Positions 1 to 8,285 of a stretch of 64,000 nucleotides of DNA are shown here, one piece after another. The stretch lies in IMG/VR virus record IMGVR_UViG_3300031987_000007, positions 1,704-65,703 of that record; one strand, 5' to 3'. The notes beneath the pieces were generated by a model, which was not told the DNA's origin, made no database searches, and saw only the letters and a program-made list of their open reading frames with translations. Numbering within the stretch: the stretch's first letter is position 1; every line of letters begins with the position of its first letter. Made by a program: the position numbers and the translations under genes. This DNA is from a virus.

Positions 1-453
1 GGCATCGGTCTCTGCATCAAAGAAGAACGCTTCACCGTTGTCACAACCACCGGTGTAATACACACCATCCAGGGCCGGTGCCGGCATCTGGAAATCACCG
101 CCGTAGGAACCACGGTCACCACGCTCAAGGCGCTTAGGTGCGGTCATCAGGGCACACTCTGACACCGGCCGTGTCTGGGCTACGTAGTAACCAATCACGT
201 TACCTGTGTCTGCCAGGACATAGATGTAGAACAGCTTCTGCGGCTGATCCATACGCTTCAACCACTTGGCCACGGCCTTACGGGTCAGAAAGTTGTTAGT
301 CTGAGGAACCGGCACATTGACCTGTGCTTTCTGCATGATGGATTCCTGTACCCAGGCACCACGTTCACTGGTGGTCTCGTCGGATTCCAAATTGCAAGCA
401 GTCAGGGTCATAGCCAGACCGATGGTGAGGCAGGTAATCAGTAATTTTCGCAT
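1..453 (-). CDS. Lipoprotein (truncated at window edge), uncharacterised phage family
   Basis: Not in ORF track; translated by hand: MRKLLITCLTIGLAMTLTAC-NLESDETT..., signal peptide with lipobox LTAC, open to base 1; overlaps end of the 438-875 gene. Confidence 0.8.
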   Translation of the reverse strand, partial: MRKLLITCLTIGLAMTLTACNLESDETTSERGAWVQESIMQKAQVNVPVPQTNNFLTRKAVAKWLKRMDQPQKLFYIYVLADTGNVIGYYVAQTRPVSECALMTAPKRLERGDRGSYGGDFQMPAPALDGVYYTGGCDNGEAFFFDAETDA

Positions 454-875
454 TGGGTACTCTCGTTTGATGGGTTGATTCGTTTGGGCAGTGATTCACC
501 AAGGAACCGGGCTCGGGTGTAAGCCTTGCGTGCATCGGCGTTATACCGGGCAATGTTCCGTTGGCGTTGGGAGCTGATAGCTGCAACATTGGCCCGGTAC
601 CGTTGGGCTTCGTCGCCCGATGCGGTTGCAAGCGCAGCTTGCTGGGCCGCGAGGGTGGCTTCATTACCCTGGATCACAGCACACAGATCAAAGAAGTGTT
701 CATAATTGCCGATACGGCTTTCCTTTGATTCGATCTGCATTTCTGCTTCGGCCGTACCCTTGATCAGGGCAATGAAGTGCATCCAGGCATATCCGCCCAA
801 TGAGGCGAGAGCCAGAAATGCAATGAAACCGACAAGCACAGCAAAGCCAGAAATCCCAGCTTTGAAATGGGACAT
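438..875 (-). CDS. N-terminally membrane-anchored helical protein
   Basis: Hydrophobic N-terminal helix, then Ala/Gln-rich coiled coil; AAGGAA RBS upstream. Confidence 0.75.
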   Translation of the reverse strand: MSHFKAGISGFAVLVGFIAFLALASLGGYAWMHFIALIKGTAEAEMQIESKESRIGNYEHFFDLCAVIQGNEATLAAQQAALATASGDEAQRYRANVAAISSQRQRNIARYNADARKAYTRARFLGESLPKRINPSNESTQCENY

Positions 876-1048
876 ACAGATTCCTTATCTGAGGGTTGCT
901 ATAGAAAGTGACCGGTGGCCAGGGCCGGCTAAATTTTTCCATTCCTGACTTTTTTCGATGGGTCCATCGAGGCTTTGCTGCGGCTATCACCGGTCGATCT
1001 TGAGAGACAATCACCGTCCCCTTTACAGAACGGATGGATTGAATGATG

Positions 1049-1170
1049 GGGAACTTCCCATCGGAGAGAGCCCCTGTCTGGGCCACGCAGTAGGCATCGA
1101 CCCGCCTCCTACCACTAATCACAGGGACTCTCTCCGATGCTCGCTGCTTACATCGGGGCAGCGAGTTCCC
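1049..1170. ncRNA. Candidate structured RNA (multi-stem junction)
   Basis: GGGAACT(1049-55)/AGTTCCC(1164-70); 19-bp stem 1059-77/1121-39 with one mismatch; CTCGCTGC(1140-47)/GCAGCGAG(1158-65). Confidence 0.4.
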
Positions 1171-1321
1171 GTTTGGTTTCTTCAATCAGAAGGGTGTCCA
1201 TCTCAGCATCCCAGGCGTGTGCCTCGGGAGAGTGAGCTGGGAAGGGGTTTTCATCCGGGGCTTGCCCATCGCACCAGTCTTGCTGGGCCCGGGCAACCGC
1301 GTGTCTCTCAGACGCACTCAT
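1148..1321 (-). CDS. Small protein, weakly Rmf/CrpP-like (57 aa)
   Basis: MSASERHAVARAQQDWCDGQAPDENPFPAHSPEAHAWDAEM..; NPF..W pattern; start right after holin stop. Confidence 0.5.
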   Translation of the reverse strand: MSASERHAVARAQQDWCDGQAPDENPFPAHSPEAHAWDAEMDTLLIEETKRELAAPM

Positions 1322-1328
1322 AGCAAGC

Positions 1329-1667
1329 TCATCCATTGTTGGACCCCTTGCGGTCACAGATGGCGAAATACTTACGCAACACTTCGTTCTCCACTTCCTG
1401 AAAGACACGACCCCCTGTGTGGGCTGCCAGGGCAATCGCTACAGGGAGGTTGAGCCAGTCAGGGAGATTGTGTGCAAAGTGGGGGTAGGCTTCGTACATC
1501 AAGTAACCGCATAGGATAGCGGTTAAAAACTCTGTGATCACCCAGATAAAGGTAGCGGGATGGCCTCTTACAATACGACGACCAATGGAAATGAACCCAC
1601 TGACGGTACTGATAAGTAGTGCTGCGAGGATTCCCCACAAATCGGGTGGTGTGTTATCTACCGGCAT
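1329..1667 (-). CDS. Putative holin
   Basis: 112 aa, 2-3 hydrophobic helices, charged C-terminal tail. Confidence 0.65.
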   Translation of the reverse strand: MPVDNTPPDLWGILAALLISTVSGFISIGRRIVRGHPATFIWVITEFLTAILCGYLMYEAYPHFAHNLPDWLNLPVAIALAAHTGGRVFQEVENEVLRKYFAICDRKGSNNG

Positions 1668-1739
1668 AAAATCCCCTTCTTGTAATGACCAGAAAAACTT
1701 TCGGCCATTTTAAAGAAGGGGTTATTTACTTGTCGGTTT

Positions 1740-1964
1740 TTATGACCAGAGGAGGGAACAGTTAGTCCGTTTCATATTGGTTTGAATCATGGTGTTCAGG
1801 CGTCGAGCATATTCCATAGCAAAGGGTTTTGATTTGGTAAAACCCCCACCAGGTAATGCCCAATGTGTTCTTCCTCTTTTATGCACTGCATTTAACTGAG
1901 CATGACCAATGATAATTGTATCGGAGTGGAACACAGTATCTTTATGGGGAATGGATACAGCCAT
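1740..1964 (-). CDS. Hypothetical protein (DUF1317-like)
   Basis: IIIG...WALPGG...A.EYA..LN pattern. Confidence 0.45.
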   Translation of the reverse strand: MAVSIPHKDTVFHSDTIIIGHAQLNAVHKRGRTHWALPGGGFTKSKPFAMEYARRLNTMIQTNMKRTNCSLLWS

Positions 1965-2264
1965 TAAGCATCACCTTGTTTAATAAGTAAGTGATGCAAT
2001 ACTAAACAATAGTGCTTATATATGAAACCATGTAAGCCAATAAATAACGACTATTTATTCTGAGGTAGTTTTTCCATGGGTGGGTTTTGGGCAGAGTTCC
2101 TCAGTGCCTTCACCAGAAGCCTTATCTGATTCCTTTCGGACCACAATAATTGCGTGATCTCCAATATCAAGAGAGGCCATGGCCCTTTGAATCTGGTCAG
2201 CAATAGCAGAGAACTCAGGGACAGAACCCCGTCCAGCCGTTCCTGCAGACTTCTGGGCTTGCTC

Positions 2265-2510
2265 TTAGTCATAAACTGCTTTTTGATAAAACTCTCCATT
2301 TCTATCACCCAGAACGGTTAACCACTCCTTCACAAGAGAAAGATGGCCTATGATGTTTGAAACTGCCTTGCCTGCCTCTGGGTGCTCATCTGGATTAAGC
2401 CCCAGCAAGAACTGCTGGGCCTGGTTGCCGGCGTATTCAATGTGCTGTGCCACCTCATCTTTCATGGTGTCTGTTGTCAGGTGTAGTGCAAAACGTTCTT
2501 CAGGTGTCAT
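2265..2510 (-). CDS. Hypothetical protein (81 aa)
   Basis: Start MTPEERF abuts the upstream stop; natural composition. Confidence 0.55.
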   Translation of the reverse strand: MTPEERFALHLTTDTMKDEVAQHIEYAGNQAQQFLLGLNPDEHPEAGKAVSNIIGHLSLVKEWLTVLGDRNGEFYQKAVYD

Positions 2511-2512
2511 GC

Positions 2513-2785
2513 TCAAAGCAAGTTCTCCAGTTGTCGGATAGTGGGGTTCAGGCCGCAGTAATGAGCCAGCTTGGCAAACACCTTCAGGGAAGGTTTGGTG
2601 GGTGGCTGGGTACGCCAGGTCCACAGCGTCGATGGCGCCAGGCCGGTTGTGTCCACCAGGTCAGTGAAACACTCAGCTTTCAGGTGTTTATGGATAGCGG
2701 CAATCATTTGAGGCAATGTCACGGATTCAAATACTCCTGTTTCAGTCGTTCGTGATCGTTCATGGAGAGCTTTCGCTCCAGCCAA
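2513..2785 (-). CDS. XRE-like HTH DNA-binding protein
   Basis: DLVDTTGLAPSTLWTW...PSLKVFAKLA helix-turn-helix pattern; true start probably downstream. Confidence 0.55.
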   Translation of the reverse strand: MAGAKALHERSRTTETGVFESVTLPQMIAAIHKHLKAECFTDLVDTTGLAPSTLWTWRTQPPTKPSLKVFAKLAHYCGLNPTIRQLENLL

Positions 2786-2952
2786 GGGGCCGGGTAACCC
2801 CGACGATCCAGTAGCCGGAAGGTGAAGACAGCGGGCTCAGGTGGGTCAGCGTCTCCATAACCAGTGCCGGTGATACGCATAGGAAGTTCTTCCTGATACT
2901 CGTAGACCAGGCACTGACAGGGGATGCCGGCCACCGTGGTCTCAAAAACCAT
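2719..2952 (-). CDS. Conserved phage hypothetical protein
   Basis: GIPCQ...GYGDADPPE..F.LLDRRGYPAPWLERK motif. Confidence 0.6.
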   Translation of the reverse strand: MVFETTVAGIPCQCLVYEYQEELPMRITGTGYGDADPPEPAVFTFRLLDRRGYPAPWLERKLSMNDHERLKQEYLNP

Positions 2953-2967
2953 AGTGACCTCGTTGGT

Positions 2968-3717
2968 TTACTGAATACCGAGTCGTTCGTTCAGACGTGA
3001 ACGGGTGAGCGCCGGCAGTTGGATGACCTTGGCCGGGTCGGCAATGTGAGCGGGTAGGTAATCCGTCATCTCAGGCCAGCCATCACGGATCTGGCCGGTG
3101 GTATTGAACTGGTTCAAGTAGTCTTCAATTTCACCACGTACCTGATCACGGTCATTTAACCACTGTTTGTATGCGCGTTGACTATCCTTGTAAGTCTTGT
3201 ACGGTTTGAAGTCCCGGGGAATAGTGAGCGTGTTCCAGCCCCCATCATTTAGCATAAGTGCAAACCGGACTCTGTTGTTTTCATCCTGATACTCCGGAAA
3301 CGCAGAAGCGCCAGAGTGTGTAGTAACCGCCCCTATGTAGGGGATTTTCAGCTCATCGGCCATGGCCGTAGGTAAACAGAAGGTCATAACTGCCCCTTTG
3401 TCCCCATTCTCCAGTAAAACCTGTAGCCGGAAATCAGGCTCAGTGTTGAACGTAACGTGGTTTTTCAGATTCTCAGGAAGATCAGATCTGACTTTAATAG
3501 CGTCCTGGGTCCGTTTGGCCAGTTGTTTCATGGCTCTCTGTTCAGCGGGGGCTTTGGCAGACACTGCCATCAAGGTACGTAAAGTCTCTTTCACAAAGGA
3601 TGAGAACGTAGCACCTGCCGGAGACGGGTTAGCTTTTTCCCATTGCTTCATGACAGCACTGAGCATATCGAAGCGGTGTGTCTTGTTCAGGCGAATAGAA
3701 CGAGGTTCATCGGACAT
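2968..3717 (-). CDS. Nmad5-like protein (nucleotide modification associated domain 5)
   Basis: N-terminal RLNKTHR; C-terminal WPEMTDYLP...LPAL...LNERLGI, recalled as typical of Nmad5. Confidence 0.6.
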   Translation of the reverse strand: MSDEPRSIRLNKTHRFDMLSAVMKQWEKANPSPAGATFSSFVKETLRTLMAVSAKAPAEQRAMKQLAKRTQDAIKVRSDLPENLKNHVTFNTEPDFRLQVLLENGDKGAVMTFCLPTAMADELKIPYIGAVTTHSGASAFPEYQDENNRVRFALMLNDGGWNTLTIPRDFKPYKTYKDSQRAYKQWLNDRDQVRGEIEDYLNQFNTTGQIRDGWPEMTDYLPAHIADPAKVIQLPALTRSRLNERLGIQ

Positions 3718-3753
3718 AACTATCCTATGTATGGTTGGTTAAAAGATTGGTTT

Positions 3754-3782
3754 GATTCACAGAAAAGCCCGGAGGGTTTCTG
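3754..3782 (-). promoter_or_regulatory. GGA-triloop hairpin element (vRNAP promoter-like)
   Basis: + strand GATTCAC-AGAAAAG-CCC-GGA-GGG; intergenic; could alternatively be a weak terminator. Confidence 0.4.
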
Positions 3783-3783
3783 T

Positions 3784-4314
3784 TTACAGGTTGCGTGCGG
3801 TGAATCCCGGTCCTCTGGGATCAATGAGCCTGGTATCTACTGTGGTTGGTTTAACGGCGTAGCGTTCTTCTTTAAAGACTTGGTGGATGGGTATGCCAAT
3901 GGATTCCAGCAGTTTCACACCGTCATCATTTTTGTACGGTTGACGGTAATACACTGCTTTGAACCCTAAACCATGGATAGATTTGGCGCACTCGATACAA
4001 GGGGCGTGAGACACAAATAATACAGAGCCAGCTACTGGGACACCCTGGCGAGCCATCTTGTCTAATGCGTTGCGCTCTGCATGTATGGTTTCTGGCTTGG
4101 TTCTACCAGTGTCATACCCTTTGGCGTCTTCTGGAAGATACTCACAGTTGTTAGGCATACCTGGTGGTGAACCATTCCAACCTACTGAGAGCATTCCTGT
4201 GGGTGTGACCACGATAGCCCCTACTTGAGCCCGGTTAGCCACAGATTGGGCAGCCGCGGCTTCTACCATCGACCAGTACAAGTTGTGGTACTTGGTTTTA
4301 TGGGGATCAATCAT
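3784..4314 (-). CDS. dCMP deaminase
   Basis: HAERNA and PCIECAK zinc motifs, VGAIVV, GWNG. Confidence 0.92.
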   Translation of the reverse strand: MIDPHKTKYHNLYWSMVEAAAAQSVANRAQVGAIVVTPTGMLSVGWNGSPPGMPNNCEYLPEDAKGYDTGRTKPETIHAERNALDKMARQGVPVAGSVLFVSHAPCIECAKSIHGLGFKAVYYRQPYKNDDGVKLLESIGIPIHQVFKEERYAVKPTTVDTRLIDPRGPGFTARNL

Positions 4315-4550
4315 TGGGCGTCAGCAGTCTCCATGTACTGAACCAGGGCCTCATAACCACCGATGTGATCTGAGTTGTGGTAAACCTGTGGCACGGTCTT
4401 GAAACCGTTGGCTCTCATTTTTTCACGGGCGTCCGGGTTTTCATTGATATCAACCGTGTTGATAGCCAGTACCCCGTTTTCACGAAGTAGCTCAATGGCT
4501 TTGGTACAGAAGGGGCAACCCGGTTGGGTGTAAACGGTAAAGCTATTCAT
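4311..4550 (-). CDS. Glutaredoxin
   Basis: CPFC active site, TVPQV, HIGGY. Confidence 0.92.
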   Translation of the reverse strand: MNSFTVYTQPGCPFCTKAIELLRENGVLAINTVDINENPDAREKMRANGFKTVPQVYHNSDHIGGYEALVQYMETADAQ

Positions 4551-4869
4551 ATTGAAGGATTCCTATTTTGACCATGGATTCAAGGTCTTCGGTGTACATG
4601 GTGGCGGGTGTGGTTTCACCAGTCTCCGGATCGAAGCCGGTGATCAGCAACTTGCCCACCAGTTCTTGGGGATACCAGGACGTAATGGTGACTTGCTTGC
4701 CACTGAACAGTGTCAGAAGGCCTTCGTCGTCAGCCCAGCAGGCGTGGTACCGGTCTGGGTAACCGGCGCCTGTGACGGTGCTACAGCCGATGAGGGCGTA
4801 CAGGGATTGAAGCGAACCATCGTGTTCAACTTCCTGAACGCCCTCCGTTGTTATAAGGATTGCTCTCAT
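4543..4869 (-). CDS. DUF3846-like protein
   Basis: MRAILIT..SLQSLYALIGC...WADDEGLL...LVGKLLITG; start reassigned to ATG 4869. Confidence 0.65.
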   Translation of the reverse strand: MRAILITTEGVQEVEHDGSLQSLYALIGCSTVTGAGYPDRYHACWADDEGLLTLFSGKQVTITSWYPQELVGKLLITGFDPETGETTPATMYTEDLESMVKIGILQYE

Positions 4870-5074
4870 ACGAAATCTCCGGGTGGAGAGTGACTGGGTA
4901 TTCTGGTTCGCCTTCCCGGGAGCCTTTGTAATACAGCTCCGCACGGTCGGCGAGAATGTCATCAAAGGTGATGCCTTCTTCCAGAACGCAGTAATACAGG
5001 CCCGTCTCCTTGTGCCGGCACAGTGGCCGGTCAAAGGAATCTGGGGCTTCACAGATGAAGTCACTGGGTTTCAT
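4826..5074 (-). CDS. Hypothetical protein
   Basis: ATGA overlap with polymerase stop; natural composition. Confidence 0.55.
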   Translation of the reverse strand: MKPSDFICEAPDSFDRPLCRHKETGLYYCVLEEGITFDDILADRAELYYKGSREGEPEYPVTLHPEISYESNPYNNGGRSGS

Positions 5075-7728
5075 GCAGCTTGTTTCTCCTGTTGTTGCTC
5101 GGCGAGTTTGGTTTGAAACGCCGCGCAGACAGCACGGATCTCCTTCTGGTCGGCATAGTTGGGAATGGTCATGTCAGAGGCCCAGGTGGGGTAGAACACA
5201 TCGAGTTCCGCACCCAGTTTGACGGTCGGGTGTTGGATCTCAGGGAGTTCCTGCCACTGCATGGACTTGATCAACTCACGGTTGACCCACTCGACCACTT
5301 CAATGTTGTCGCGGATCAGTAGATAGATGGCGTCATGGATCATGGCCACGGGTTTAACATCGTGACGGAACCGGGACTGCCAAACCTTCTGCATGAACTC
5401 GTTACACGCCCGGTTGGTCAGTAAGCCGTAGGACTGGCCCAGCGCGTTGCCGGCTGTGCGTCCTTCTGCCTCTGCCTCGTAGGGTGTGTTCGACTTCCCG
5501 CGAATGGTCATGCCCAGTAGTGGGGTTCTCAGACGCAGTCCGAAAGCGACCGTGACAAAACCATCCTTGGCGGCCTGGTCCAGCTTGTCCTGTACCCACT
5601 TGTCCGAGACCTCATAGAGAATGTGGTACTGCTTCTCGATCTGTTGGGCAGCCTCCTTGGTGAAGCCCAGGTTCTTGACCAGGGTGTGCCAGGTGCCTTG
5701 GTAGGTGAGGGCGAACGTTGGACCTTTGCTGGCGTCCCGGATGGACTTGTACAGCTTCTTGATCTGGTTCACCGAATCGGGTGTCTCCACAATGTCCGGG
5801 AACTTCTCTGGCCAATAGGTGAAGGCCCGCAGACTGTGTCCATCGTACCCTTCGGTGTAGACCTTCAGCTTGTTCGGGTCTTTGGTCGTCAGGGCTGAGA
5901 TGTAGTCTTCCAGTGAATTGAAATCCGCCCCGGCAAACAACCAGCCCTTCGGTGCTTTGAAGCACGACTTGATGAGCTTGCCATAGGTGGATCCAGATGG
6001 AATGTTCTGCAAGTTGGGGTCAGAGCTGGACAGTCGACCGGACTTGGTGCCACCTAAGTTGAACGAACCATGGAGATGAACAACGCCATCCCCTTTATCA
6101 ATGGCCTTTTCAAAGGCCGGGATAAAGGATGAGAGGATCTTGGCGGCTTGAGAAAAGCCTACCAGGGCCTCAATGATCTCCAGGTTGTCTGGATCATCAG
6201 TGTGGTGAACCAGCTTCTCCAGGGTCTCGCCCCCGGTGGCCGGTTGTTTGGCCTTGGTTTTGTCAATAACGGGCAGGCCCATTTCCTCATAGAGCAGCTT
6301 CTGGAGCTGGGGCCCACTGTTGGGATTGAAGATTTGCTTGGGGAAATGCTTACGGTCCTTGGGCAGAATCTTGTCCGGGTTCTTGGCCTTGTCACGGCGG
6401 TCGGTGTAGTCCTTCTCCCAGGCTGTGTAGGTCATGCGATCTTCCAGCCGGGCGATGACACCCTTGCCTTGGAAAGCCGCCCTGTGGCCTTCGAGAATGG
6501 CCTCCAGCTCTCTTCGTGCAACCTGTACCTGATCGGGGTCCAGTGGCATACCGGACAGCTCGATCTGGGTAATGGTTTTCTGGCTCGGCATCATGAGGTC
6601 GTAATACAACGCCTCTTGCTGATCCTGAACCATGATGAGGTAATAGGTCTCATACACCCAGTTGGTACACAGGCCGTCAATCAGGTTGTAGCGAAGCAAC
6701 TTGTCCAAGGGGATCTTGCGAACGTCCTTGATGTTGTCGCCCATGCCGTAGTTGCCGGCAAACTCGTGTGCCAGGTCTTTCAGCGACAGGCTGTTGCCCG
6801 CGGTGGTGTTGGTGGCCAGGTAGGCAATGATCTTGGTGTCGTGGATTCTCTGATGCAGGATGTCCAGCCCGGTCAGGAGACCTTCGTTATCCAACAGGTC
6901 TTTCATCCACAACTCGTAGATCAACACCTTGGTGTCATACGTGCTGTTGTGCCACTTCAAGGTGCCTCGATAATTCTCGAAGAACGTCTTGAGCATGGCT
7001 TTGACTTCGGGATTATGAACCAGACGGCCATGGTAACCACCACGCGGCTCGTCCATAGGCACGTAATCCACCGGGAACGCGATGCCTTCGTGGTTGTTCC
7101 AGGCAAAGGTAATCGACGCCACACCGGCTTTGTCGAACTCCAGTGAACCTGCTTCGATATCACAGGACAGCTCGGGATAATCCATGAGCTTTTCAAGCCA
7201 CTTAGCAATGTCCGCAGGGGTCTGGGGGTAGTCAGCGTACTGAATAACATCCTCACCCAGCGGCTGGTAGCTGCCTTGTACTTCGTCGATCAGGGTCTGA
7301 ACCGACATGGTCATCTTGGGCTCGTTGCCCGGGTCGTACAGCAGGGATTTGTGGTTCACCCCCAGAATGACCTTCATGTGTTCATAGCCCGGGTACTTGC
7401 AGTCCAACACATAGCCCAGGTTCTGTTGGGCCTGTTGGCACTTGGTCAGTACCTTGAAGTAATTGGCATCGGCCACGTACAGGTACTCCACCCCGACGCT
7501 GTCCAGTGAGGGCAGGAGATCGTCGAGGTAGGTTTTGATGTACTTGACCGGGGCTTTGTTGCTGGCGTTGTAAGCCAGGGTCATACCAATGATCTGGCCT
7601 TGGGTGATACCCCGCTTCAGCATGGGATTGACATAGTTATAAATCAATTCGTCCTTGTTGAAGGCACTGGCTTTAACCAGCAAAGCAATGGGATATTTGT
7701 CGGACTCTTCAAAAATGAGGTGTCGCAA
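5071..7728 (-). CDS. DNA polymerase family A (N4 gp39-like)
   Basis: Exonuclease DIE motif, GGTKSGRLSSSDPNLQNIP, motif A ADFNSLE, motif B RDASKGPTFALTYQG, motif C IHDA. Confidence 0.97.
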   Translation of the reverse strand: MRHLIFEESDKYPIALLVKASAFNKDELIYNYVNPMLKRGITQGQIIGMTLAYNASNKAPVKYIKTYLDDLLPSLDSVGVEYLYVADANYFKVLTKCQQAQQNLGYVLDCKYPGYEHMKVILGVNHKSLLYDPGNEPKMTMSVQTLIDEVQGSYQPLGEDVIQYADYPQTPADIAKWLEKLMDYPELSCDIEAGSLEFDKAGVASITFAWNNHEGIAFPVDYVPMDEPRGGYHGRLVHNPEVKAMLKTFFENYRGTLKWHNSTYDTKVLIYELWMKDLLDNEGLLTGLDILHQRIHDTKIIAYLATNTTAGNSLSLKDLAHEFAGNYGMGDNIKDVRKIPLDKLLRYNLIDGLCTNWVYETYYLIMVQDQQEALYYDLMMPSQKTITQIELSGMPLDPDQVQVARRELEAILEGHRAAFQGKGVIARLEDRMTYTAWEKDYTDRRDKAKNPDKILPKDRKHFPKQIFNPNSGPQLQKLLYEEMGLPVIDKTKAKQPATGGETLEKLVHHTDDPDNLEIIEALVGFSQAAKILSSFIPAFEKAIDKGDGVVHLHGSFNLGGTKSGRLSSSDPNLQNIPSGSTYGKLIKSCFKAPKGWLFAGADFNSLEDYISALTTKDPNKLKVYTEGYDGHSLRAFTYWPEKFPDIVETPDSVNQIKKLYKSIRDASKGPTFALTYQGTWHTLVKNLGFTKEAAQQIEKQYHILYEVSDKWVQDKLDQAAKDGFVTVAFGLRLRTPLLGMTIRGKSNTPYEAEAEGRTAGNALGQSYGLLTNRACNEFMQKVWQSRFRHDVKPVAMIHDAIYLLIRDNIEVVEWVNRELIKSMQWQELPEIQHPTVKLGAELDVFYPTWASDMTIPNYADQKEIRAVCAAFQTKLAEQQQEKQAA

Positions 7729-7752
7729 GGTATGGCTCCTGGTATTTGGGTA

Positions 7753-8274
7753 CTAAACCAGGAGGTTCAGCACCATGCGTTTTTTCATGAGTTCAATGGG
7801 AATACTGTTTTTTCGTTTCAGGTCTTCGACCATTTCATCATGTAGGCGTTGTTCACGGCAGGCACACTTTTCCAACAGTTGTTTGATGGGTTTGTGCATG
7901 GATTCAGGAAATATCTTGAAGTAATCCTGAAGACTGTTGGAGGAATTTAATACCTGGTTGATGAAGCCCAGTACATACGGGAGTTCTTTATCGTTTAACC
8001 GTGCCAGATCCTCCAGGTATTCATCCATTAATACTTTGAGTTCTGGTTTGAGACGGTTAACCGGGCGCGGTCTGCGTTGCTCCTCTCCGGTGTGATAATA
8101 CTCGCCTTTATAAGACAGCCATAATTGACCATTACCATGTAACGTGGAGTTTTTAATGATGATGGTTTTAAGGCGCTTTGCGAAGTCTTTATTTACCGGG
8201 GCATAAAGGAAATCAAAAATCTTGTCCTTGATCATGGCCTTTGTTTTGGGGTCGTACACAAGTTCATCGGTCAT
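7753..8274 (-). CDS. Conserved N4-like hypothetical protein
   Basis: 173 aa between helicase and polymerase as in N4-like synteny. Confidence 0.65.
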   Translation of the reverse strand: MTDELVYDPKTKAMIKDKIFDFLYAPVNKDFAKRLKTIIIKNSTLHGNGQLWLSYKGEYYHTGEEQRRPRPVNRLKPELKVLMDEYLEDLARLNDKELPYVLGFINQVLNSSNSLQDYFKIFPESMHKPIKQLLEKCACREQRLHDEMVEDLKRKNSIPIELMKKRMVLNLLV

Positions 8275-8285
8275 TCCAGACCTCC

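Noticed and set aside
700-1185. 161-aa minus-strand ORF
   Set aside because: Overlaps a better gene in another frame, has no recognisable motif or RBS, and crosses the structured region
6148-7146. Long plus-strand ORFs antisense to polymerase, primase, capsid and RNR (also 52986-54017, 31768-32937, 59035-59703)
   Set aside because: Shadow ORFs produced by codon bias of the real genes on the opposite strand
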